Made by a program: the position numbers and the translations under genes | Assembly (NCBI GenBank): GCA_963844885.1 | Contig: CAWJQA010000006.1 | Span: 608,366 to 672,365 of the forward strand | Direction: 5' to 3' | Length of the DNA: 64,000 nt | From: an uncultured Holophagales bacterium | Lineage (GTDB): Bacteria; Acidobacteriota; Thermoanaerobaculia; Multivoradales; UBA5704 | In this document: positions 31,816 to 41,186 of the stretch, piece by piece | How the letters are laid out: each line of letters starts with the position of its first letter | Numbering within the stretch: the stretch's first letter is position 1 | The notes under the pieces: model-generated | The model's input: only the letters and a program-made list of their open reading frames with translations | The model's database searches: none | Told to the model about the DNA's origin: nothing

Positions 31816-32970
31816 TCAGCCGTGGGCGAGCGGATGGCGACCGACAGCACTGCCTACTACGATAGAGGCTCTGGTCAAGACCTTTGTCAGAAGGCGAGGC
31901 CCATATTGTCCAATCTCAAACTCCACTATGTCCGGATTGCGTTCGGGTTCGCCGACGCATTTCAAGGAGCCCCCAGCATCCTTGGCAATCTGTTCGTACT
32001 CGCGCTTCGCCCGGATGCAGGGTGGATCGTTGTCGTCGTCTTTGATCGATTTACTGCTCGCCACGAGCACCGCACCCTTGCGGGTCTGCGACAGAGCACT
32101 ACGGGCTTCCTCTGAGACCTCGGCGTCCTCGCCCTTTTCACTCCAACTGTCATAGGAGAGGGAATGCCAAGAGCAGTGGTGTGGCGTCTGCAGGATGTCG
32201 TAGCTAAGCCAGTCCGGGCGAGCAGAATGCCGCTGCCAGAGCCGCTCCCAGATCGCAACTTCGGCATCGCCGCCAGTAAGGAACCGCGCGACGTCCGCCT
32301 GGCTGTCGCCCGCGAGCGAGAAGTTGAGGATCGTGCTGCAGTGGTTTTTCGACCGCACCTCTTCCTCATCCTCGTTGCCCTTCGGCTGGGGCGCCAACAG
32401 TCGTGCCGATATTGATGAGTCGTACTGGCCATTAACGCTGGAGAACACTTGGTCGACTTTGATGAGAATTGCCGTCAGATCATCGGTCTTTCCATCTTCA
32501 TCCTCACCGAGGATCAGAATGCGGTCTCCCTCCGACACGATACCGAAGCTATCGCGGAACCGCTTCACTCGGCGACGCGCCTCTGAACTGAACGCGGCCG
32601 CATCATCACAGAGGACATGGTTGCGCGCCGCGCGGCGAAAAACCATAGGTGAAGACCAGATCTCACGGACGAAGATCTTATCGGTGATCTTTGACCAATC
32701 TTCCGGCGGGCCGAAGTGGAAGTGCTTCTTCAAGCCTCTGCTGTGGTCCTCGTCAGGATGACTCAAGAGGAAGGCGTCCACATAGAGCCGGCCCTCTCCG
32801 TCGCGCTTCAACCGGTCTCGCAACATCTTGGCCACATCGGGCGTATCATCGTCAGGGTCATCCGCGGCGGCACGAATGTTGACGTCAATCAGGATTCTGC
32901 GCCCGCTCTCCAACTCGAGGAGCGTCATATCGCCATTGCAGACGGGGTAAAACGTGATCTTGGCTGGCAT
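31816..32970 (-). CDS. metallo-beta-lactamase-fold hydrolase, first gene of the E1/E2/JAB operon
   Basis: MBL motif FLLSHPDEDHSRGL, the N-terminal beta-strand pattern ITFYPVCNGDMTLLEL..RILIDVN, and later conserved His/Asp. 384 aa. Confidence 0.7.
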   Translation of the reverse strand: MPAKITFYPVCNGDMTLLELESGRRILIDVNIRAAADDPDDDTPDVAKMLRDRLKRDGEGRLYVDAFLLSHPDEDHSRGLKKHFHFGPPEDWSKITDKIFVREIWSSPMVFRRAARNHVLCDDAAAFSSEARRRVKRFRDSFGIVSEGDRILILGEDEDGKTDDLTAILIKVDQVFSSVNGQYDSSISARLLAPQPKGNEDEEEVRSKNHCSTILNFSLAGDSQADVARFLTGGDAEVAIWERLWQRHSARPDWLSYDILQTPHHCSWHSLSYDSWSEKGEDAEVSEEARSALSQTRKGAVLVASSKSIKDDDNDPPCIRAKREYEQIAKDAGGSLKCVGEPERNPDIVEFEIGQYGPRLLTKVLTRASIVVGSAVGRHPLAHG

Positions 32971-33149
32971 GTCCTTAACCTCCTTGGAGGGGATGCCCAG
33001 GGCGGGCTTCTACGCCTCATTTTTACCCTACCCTAGCAGCCCGTGTCAAGATGCTGTGGTGGCGAGCCGGTGAACCCCTAGAAGTTGGGGTCCTCACCCA
33101 ATGCTGCCTACCTGAGCCTCGGCCTCTGCGCATCGGGTAGACACTCTCG

Positions 33150-33300
33150 TTCCAGGTGCTGAGCGCCATCCTCAACCTGGCGGACCGGCTCCCCGCGCAG
33201 CGCCTCTTCGCCGCCAGCGCCGTCATGGTCGCCGCTGCCAATGCCGCCATCCCCCTCCTGGACGTCAAACCGGGCGTCTCCCTCGCCGATGTCGGTAGCC
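33150..33300. repeat. duplicated MFS-transporter gene fragment (copy 1); it continues at 33689-33790 after a roughly 390-bp vapBC insertion
   Basis: Near-identical (about 90%) to 34542-34650, and 33689-33790 matches 34685-34800. Both copies end ...GGATGGCGGGAGGCC(A/G)G(A/G)GGTAATCACCAGGACGGTGG. Confidence 0.7.
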
Positions 33301-33337
33301 GGCCCGGCTGCAGAGCAGGCGGTGGTATTATTCCCGG

Positions 33338-33589
33338 ATGAGAACGACTGTTACCCTCGATGACGACGTATACGAAGCGGCACAGTCGCTGGCGCAGGCG
33401 ACGGGGAAGAAGCTCGGCTGTGTGTTGTCCGAGATGGCACGGCACGCAATACAGCCGTCCAGACGAGGATCGAAGCAGGCGGCGCCGCAAGGGATTTCTC
33501 GTTTTCCCGTCTTCGAGGTGCCAAGAGGCTCCCGGGTGATTCCGGCCTCGCGGATCCAAAAGGCCCTGGACGAGGACGGCATTGTCTGA
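33338..33589 (+). CDS. vapB: VapB-like RHH antitoxin
   Basis: MRTTVTLDDDVYEAAQSLAQATGKKLGCVLSEMARHA ribbon-helix-helix pattern. Confidence 0.6.
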   Translation: MRTTVTLDDDVYEAAQSLAQATGKKLGCVLSEMARHAIQPSRRGSKQAAPQGISRFPVFEVPRGSRVIPASRIQKALDEDGIV

Positions 33590-33788
33590 GAACCGGCCGC
33601 TTCTGCTGGACGTCAATGCCCTCTTGGCGCTGGCTTGGCCGACTGCTGACCCTGTTCACGATCCGGATGATCCGATCGGCGGGGAGCGCGCCTTCATGAC
33701 TCTGGCGCTGGGGCCGATCTTCGGGATCGTCAGCATGCTCCGCCTGCGGCGTCTTCCCGCGGAGCGGATGGCGGGAGGCCAGGGGTAA
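33582..33788 (+). pseudogene. vapC: PIN-domain VapC toxin, truncated after about 26 aa by junction with the MFS-fragment repeat
   Basis: MSENRPLLLDVNALLALAW (PIN N-terminus). The ORF then reads through the duplicated sequence FMTLALGPIFGIVSMLRLRRLP. Confidence 0.45.
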
Positions 33789-34366
33789 TCACCAGGACGG
33801 TGGGACCGAGGGCGACCCTCCCTGTTCCCACCCAAGGCAGGCTAGCTCTCCACCCGCAGATCCACGTACGGCGGCGACGCGTAACCCGACCGACTCCATC
33901 CGGTAGCGCGCCGAACGCGTAACCTGCCAAGCCCTCGCCTCGGCGGCTCAATGACCTGGTGACGCCCTAAAAAATACCTTGAGACCGGCCCGCTCAGCGG
34001 CGAGCGAAGCGAGTCCGCTGCCTCGCCGTAGTGTCAGGCAAGGGTGGAGATTGCACGGAACGACCTGAGTTGCGCTCTCTCTCCTGGAGATACTTGACGA
34101 GCGCCTCAGGGTCATTGCCACACTCGCGGAATAGTTCCTCGCGATGGCGGTGCAGCTCTTCGACGATGGAGTCGTGGCTAAGGTAAAGGCGCGGCATTCC
34201 AGAAAATCTACCATGGCCAGGCACCGGATGCACTCTCTGGGCCCAGCTTGGACAAGTCGCGGTATAGTCCCGCAAAGGGACCGCTGGCGAACTTCCTGCG
34301 CAGACTCTACGACGCCGCTCTCCCCCATCGTATCGGGAAGACGCCCTCGTTCCAGGCCGCGATCCC

Positions 34367-34783
34367 ATGACCGGCAAGTGGCGGACCGTCACCCTCCTCG
34401 CTCTCGCGGAGCTCCTGGCCATGTCGGTCTGGTTCTCCGCCTCGGCGGTCGTGCCGCAGCTCACGTCCGAGTGGGGGCTCTCGGGCGCCCAGCAGTCGTG
34501 GCTGACCATGAGCGTCCAGGTCGGGTTCGTGACTGGAGCGCTGCTGAGCGCCATCCTCAACCTGGCGGACCGGCTCCCGGCTCAGCGCCTCTTCGCCACC
34601 AGCGCCGTCATGGCCGCCGCTGCCAATGCCGCCATCCCCCCTGCTGGACGCCGGACCGAGCGTCTCCCTGGGACTCCGCTTCCCTTCATGGCTCTGGCGC
34701 TGGGGCCGGTCTTCGGGATCGTCAGCATGCTCCGCCTGCGGCGTCTTCCCGAAGCGGAGCGGATGGCGGGAGGCCGGAGGTAA
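34367..34783 (+). pseudogene. MFS transporter N-terminal fragment (copy 2)
   Basis: TM1-3-like MTGKWRTVTLLALAELLAMSVWFSASAVVPQL...LSAILNLADRLPAQRLF, then stop at 138 aa. Duplicate of 33150-33300/33689-33790. Confidence 0.4.
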
Positions 34784-35109
34784 TCACCAGGACGGTGGCA
34801 ACGCCAGGGGCGAGGTGTTGCTGCTGCTGGGCTCGATTTGGGGGAGCTCCGACACCTCGGGGCCTCTGGTTCAACCGCACCCAGGAGAGCGCCGGCAGGC
34901 CGGCTTTTCGGTAGGGCAAGAGCTTCCTTCCGGACCGGGCAGTGCTCCATAATCATCGGCTGAGGACCATCGACGTGAAGCTTTCGATCCCGAACACCGG
35001 CGGCACGATGGATAAGACCTTTTACTTCAATACGCTCTACCCTCTCCAGGATCGGGTCCTCCAACTCCTGAGCGGTCTGGACACAGGCTTCTACCTCTCG
35101 GGCGGGACG

Positions 35110-35700
35110 GCCGCCTCCGACGCGTAAACCAGGCTGCCGAATGCCTTCGGCGAGGCGCCGGACGCGTAAACCCGGCCGGTTTATCCATCCGGCGGCGTGC
35201 CCGACGCCTAAACCAGGCTGCCGAACGCCTTCGGCGAGACGCCGGACGCGTAAACCAGCCGGTTTACCCATCCGGCGGCGTACCCGACGCGTAAACCAGA
35301 CTGCCGGATGCCTTCGGCGAGCCGCTGGACGCGTAACCCGGCCGGTTTATCCATCCGGCGGCGTGCCCGACGCGTAAACCAGGCTGCCGAATGCCTTCGG
35401 CGAGCCGCCGGACGCGTAACCCGGCCGGTTTATCCATCCGGCGGCGTGCCCGACGCGTAAACCAGGCTGCCGAATGCCTTCGGCGAGCCGCTGGACGCGT
35501 AACCCGGCCGGTTTATCCATCCGGCGGCGTGCCCGACGCGTAAACCAGGCTGCCGAATGCCTTCGGCGAGACGCCGGACGCGTATCCCGGCCGGTTTATC
35601 CATCCGGCGGCGTGCCCGACGCGTAAACCAGACTGCCGAATGCCTTCGGTGAGCCGCCGGACGCATCAATCCTGGCGGTTTATCACGCTCCCGGCGGCGG
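35110..35700. repeat. tandem array of about 6.5 copies of an 87-bp unit (each unit made of two related ~43-bp half-units with short palindromes)
   Basis: Unit GACGCGTAAACCAGGCTGCCGAATGCCTTCGGCGAGCCGCCGGACGCGTAACCCGGCCGGTTTATCCATCCGGCGGCGTGCCC recurs with few substitutions starting about 35119, 35205, 35291, 35378, 35466, 35553 and 35615. Internal stems GGCCGG...CCGGCC. Confidence 0.85.
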
Positions 35701-35778
35701 CGTGGCGAAGAAGAAGGCCACGGACGCCACGGCCGCGATGGCGATCAGCTCCAGCGGATTCTCGAAGACGAGGTTCAT
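35683..35778 (-). CDS. possible 31-aa hydrophobic mini-protein
   Basis: AGGAGG RBS then MNLVFENPLELIAIAAVASVAFFFATPPPGA*. The 3' end runs into the last repeat unit. Confidence 0.2.
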   Translation of the reverse strand: MNLVFENPLELIAIAAVASVAFFFATPPPGA

Positions 35779-35814
35779 GGGGTGCGCTCCTCCTGGGAGG
35801 AGGGCCGGCGGGCG

Positions 35815-36438
35815 CTAACTCGTCCCGCTCCAGAAGCTCGCGAGGCTCCGCGTGCCGATGAACTTGTCGCGGTCGCAGCGGCCGATGCCGGCGACCTGGT
35901 GCGGCTCGGGCCCGACGGCGCCGTCCGTGTATTGCCACAGCGTCCACGTCGGCCAGTTCGGCGGCACGACCGGCGTCGGCCCGTACTGAGCCAGCCAGAG
36001 CCAGCATTTGGCGAGCACGGGATCGGTCTTCGTTCCCAGGAGATCCTTGATGTAATGCCCGGAGTAGAGCCCGGGAAACCTGCCGGTGATCGCTTGAATG
36101 TGGGTCACGAAAGCCCGCGCCTCTTCCAGCGTCATGGAAGGGCCGGTCAGGTTGGGCTCGAAATCCAGCACCATCAAGGTACCGGGATCTTTGCCGACCA
36201 CGCGCAGAAAGTTCTCCGCCTGCCGCACTCCATCGCTTCCCGTGCCGAAGTGATAGGCGCCCCAGAGCAGCCCCGCCTCCTTGGCCTTGGCCCGATTGAT
36301 CCCATAGGTTGGATCGACGTTGGATTGACCCTGGCTGGCCTTCTGGATCACGCCGAGGATGCCGTCGCCCTTGGCCTTCTTCAGATCCACGTCGCCGTTG
36401 TGATGCGAGAGATCCACCACCGCGTTGATGATCGCCAC
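35815..36438 (-). CDS. GH25 family lysozyme/muramidase
   Basis: RBS GAAAGGAG then MAIINAVVDLSHHNGDVDLKKAKGDGILGVIQKASQG...GLLWGAYHF (GH25 catalytic region). 207 aa. Confidence 0.8.
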   Translation of the reverse strand: MAIINAVVDLSHHNGDVDLKKAKGDGILGVIQKASQGQSNVDPTYGINRAKAKEAGLLWGAYHFGTGSDGVRQAENFLRVVGKDPGTLMVLDFEPNLTGPSMTLEEARAFVTHIQAITGRFPGLYSGHYIKDLLGTKTDPVLAKCWLWLAQYGPTPVVPPNWPTWTLWQYTDGAVGPEPHQVAGIGRCDRDKFIGTRSLASFWSGTS

Positions 36439-36593
36439 GAGGCTGCTCCTTTCCGAGCCGGAGGGAAGGGTCCGGCTTATCCATGGACGGGAATGGCGCG
36501 GATTCCGTGATACAAAACCGTGTGGCGAGATGCTAACACGATGCGTGGAACCGAGAGCGCGCGGAGGCGCCTCCGCGCGCTCGCCGGCTCAGG

Positions 36594-37016
36594 TCAGGCT
36601 ACGGACGGAAGTACTCCTTCGAGTAGTAGTCCGACCGGTTGCTCTTGTCCGTGAAGCGGGTGAAGGTCTTCGAGGGTCATCGTGCCGTGGTTCAGGTTCC
36701 CGGTCACGATGGTCTCCTTGAAGTCGAACTTGTAGAGGGCCGTGAAGGCCATCGCGGACTTCGAGGTGACGTCGGTGGCATAGGTCATCCCGTTCACGGC
36801 GCCCCAGTCGCAGGGGGTGGGATGGCAGGCACCGAAGAGATGGACGTTGACGCCCGTCTTGGCTGCGCCGATGACGAAGCGGACAACGCCACGGGTGTGC
36901 TTGTCGACGTTGTGCCAGGTGCCGACCAGCGGCGCCACCCCGGGGGGAGGAATGGCGAGAGGCTTGACCTCCTCGATGAGATCCATGGGAGCCTTGAAGT
37001 CGATTGTCGCGATCAT
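36594..37016 (-). CDS. hypothetical protein (possible C-terminal frameshift)
   Basis: RBS AAGGAGACC then MIATIDFKAPMDLIEEVKPLAIPPPGV...; the long upstream ORF portion is artifact. Confidence 0.4.
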   Translation of the reverse strand: MIATIDFKAPMDLIEEVKPLAIPPPGVAPLVGTWHNVDKHTRGVVRFVIGAAKTGVNVHLFGACHPTPCDWGAVNGMTYATDVTSKSAMAFTALYKFDFKETIVTGNLNHGTMTLEDLHPLHGQEQPVGLLLEGVLPSVA

Positions 37017-37204
37017 CTGTGGTCTCCTTTCGTGAGGAACCGGGCTCTCTCGAGGACTGAGCCGGTTCCTTATCGAGGATCGCGCGGACAAGAACAGAAG
37101 GGAACGCCCTGCCGGCCGGGCACGGATGCCTTGATCACGCGGGGGCACCGGCCACCCCGGGCGGGAGGCGTCCAGCCTTCGTGCGCAGCGGAACCCAAGC
37201 GGGA

Positions 37205-38113
37205 TCAACCGTCCTTCATCAGAGCCGGCGGCACCACGAGCACGCTGCACGGCGCCTCGCGGGTGACGTCGGCGGCGACGCTGCCGATCACGAAACGGTC
37301 GAAGCCCCCCAGGCCGTGGGTGCCGAGAAGGACGAGGTCGGGACGGAAGTCGGCGACCTCCGCGAAGATTTCTTCCCTGGTGTTACCCGCCCGGACCTTG
37401 CGCCGCACCTTCCCGGCCGCGGCCCCGGCGTGCGTTTCCACGAAACGGCGCAGCTCCTCGACGGCGAAACGGTCCACCTGCTCCGGTGTGAACTGTGGCG
37501 CCACCTGCCTTTGGACGACGCTCAAGACGAACAGCGCTTCCACGTCGGGCGCCGTGTCTCCTCCAACCTCTCCGAGAAGATCGAGACCGGTGTGGAGGGC
37601 TTCCGCGGCTAGCGGCGAAAGGTCGACCGGCGCCAGGATCTTGCTCGGCGGTATCGTCAGATCTCCCCTCACCACCAGGACCGGGCAGGTGGCCCGGCGC
37701 AGGACGCGGTCCGCGGTGGAGCCCAGGCGGCGATGGAGGCGGCCTCCCGCTGTCGCCCCGAGGACGAGGAGGTCGGCGCCGATCTCCGTGGCCAGCTCGG
37801 GGAGCACCCGGTGCGGCGCGCCGGTGTGGAGGGTCTGGCCGTGCAGCTCTCCGGCGCCGATCCCCAGGCGCTGCACCTGTTCGACCAGCGCCTCCCGGCA
37901 GCGCTGCTCTTCCGCCGCAAGGATGGCCGGATCCAGGCCGGCCCCCAGCTCGCTCACGAAGCCTATCGGCGGATCGAAGGCATAGGCGGTGTGGAGCTTC
38001 GCACCGGCGGCGCGCGCCACGGCCAGGGCGGTGCCCACCAGCGCGTCGCTGTCACGGTCCAGGTCGGTCCCGACGAGGACGGTACGGATCTTCTTGGATG
38101 CAGAGTCGGCCAT
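37205..38113 (-). CDS. universal stress protein (tandem UspA domains)
   Basis: Two USP domains with VLVGTDLDRDSD...GADLLVLGATAGG and LAPVDLS...DLVLLGTHGLGGFDRFVIGSVA motifs. Confidence 0.85.
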   Translation of the reverse strand: MADSASKKIRTVLVGTDLDRDSDALVGTALAVARAAGAKLHTAYAFDPPIGFVSELGAGLDPAILAAEEQRCREALVEQVQRLGIGAGELHGQTLHTGAPHRVLPELATEIGADLLVLGATAGGRLHRRLGSTADRVLRRATCPVLVVRGDLTIPPSKILAPVDLSPLAAEALHTGLDLLGEVGGDTAPDVEALFVLSVVQRQVAPQFTPEQVDRFAVEELRRFVETHAGAAAGKVRRKVRAGNTREEIFAEVADFRPDLVLLGTHGLGGFDRFVIGSVAADVTREAPCSVLVVPPALMKDG

Positions 38114-38176
38114 CGGCTCCCTCCTCTCAGGTGTGCGGCTCTCAGTATATGGGGGCCGGGGCCGAAGACGAAACCG

Positions 38177-38496
38177 TCAGGCGATGTGAAACCGGGGATC
38201 GGCGATGCGCTCGCTACGGCACTGGGGGCAGCGGCCGGGGGCATGCATGTGGCGGGAGGTGCGGTCGCGGAAGGTGAAGCCGCAGGCGAGGCAGCGGGCG
38301 GGCTCGATTCGCAGGCGCTGGGGAGCGTGCCGGAGGCTGCGCTCGACGTGGCGGAGATCCTCTTCCAGCGAGCGGACCGGGACTTCCAGCTCGCGCCGGA
38401 GCTGCTCGAAGCCCAATTCCTCCCGGCGGAGGACGTCGATGATCCTCTGCCGGGCGGTCTCGGTGGCGGCCTTGCCCACGTCGTCGTGCGGACGGC

Positions 38497-38500
<4 letters not shown>
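38177..38500 (-). CDS. small putative transcriptional regulator with C-terminal Zn-ribbon
   Basis: 107 aa. HTH-like N-terminus and a CLACGF...CPQC pair of CxxC motifs. Confidence 0.55.
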
Positions 38501-40305
<1,805 letters not shown>

Positions 40306-40400
40306 ACGGTCCTCACTCTTCTTCAGGGGAATAGGCAGACCGGTCCGATCCGCCGACGAGGGGGCGGGAAGGATAACACAGGCTGGAACGAGGGCGCGTT

Positions 40401-40754
40401 TCAGGCGGCCGCGCCGGAGTTTGCGACCAGCGCCTCGATCGTGGCGCGATCGGTCCGGCCGATGCGCAGGAACTCGATCCCGACGTGATGCTCCCCTGGA
40501 CCGCGGCGGCTCTCCCAGGCCACACGGCCGTCGGCGCGCAACTCACGGCCGCCGAGGTCGATCTTCAGCTCCATCAGGGAGAGGAAGCCGATGGAATCGT
40601 CGCTGACCAGCATGCAGCCCCCGGCTCCCAGCACCTTGATCCAGCCGATCTTCGTCTTGCGCCGGTCGCCGAGGATCTTCACCTCGGCCAGGGCATCGGT
40701 CTCGACACGGGGGAAACGGCGTTTACAGACGGGGTTGCGCTGGGTGGAAAGCAT
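40401..40754 (-). CDS. PilZ domain protein (c-di-GMP binding)
   Basis: RBS GGAGGAGG then [20 protein letters not shown] (RxxxR) ... [14 protein letters not shown] (DxSxxG). The ORF track extension upstream is artifact. Confidence 0.7.
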   Translation of the reverse strand: MLSTQRNPVCKRRFPRVETDALAEVKILGDRRKTKIGWIKVLGAGGCMLVSDDSIGFLSLMELKIDLGGRELRADGRVAWESRRGPGEHHVGIEFLRIGRTDRATIEALVANSGAAA

Positions 40755-40937
40755 GCGGTGTTGCCTCCTCCGGGCCGGTAAAGCCGTGCCGGAAGTCAGG
40801 CGCTCGACTTTACGCAAGTTTCTCCCGGAGATCAAGGGGGCAGGCGACGAGGGCGACGAGGCAACACAGAGTATTCCCGGGCACAACTTCGACAAGATCG
40901 AGGAGCTCCTCGACGAAGTCGAAGGCCCCTTCCGCCT

Positions 40938-41084
40938 TTGATGGATGCTCATCTCGCGGCGCTCGCGATCGAGCACCACGCCACGCTTTGCACGACGGAT
41001 CGGGATTTTGACCGGTTCCAGGGACTCCGTCTCCACTTCCCGATCGCGTCACGCTCCCACGAGCCCCCTCCGCTCATGAGCTAG
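40938..41084 (+). pseudogene. VapC/PIN toxin C-terminal remnant preceded by antitoxin-like fragment
   Basis: MDAHLAALAIEHHATLCTTDRDFDRFQGLRLHFPIAS matches only the last ~35 aa of PIN toxins. The upstream frame ends ...DKIEELLDEVEGPFRL*. Confidence 0.35.
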
Positions 41085-41186
41085 GCCCTTTGTTTGACAC
41101 TACTTAGCCTAGCATGAAACCGGGCCGTATCCAAACCGTAGCTCGCAGGCCCGCACCGGAGGTGCGAGCCTGCTGCTCGATCCTCG

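Noticed and set aside
35110-35700. Possible CRISPR array
   Set aside because: All units are near-identical 87-bp repeats with no unique spacer segments and no cas genes nearby, so this is a tandem satellite/REP-like array rather than CRISPR. The same reasoning applies to the 21-bp array at 9487-9915.
33023-36438. Intact prophage or IS element around the GH25 lysozyme, repeats and TA genes
   Set aside because: No integrase, transposase, terminase or capsid-like ORFs could be recognised, only fragments and repeats. This is better described as a decayed accessory region.
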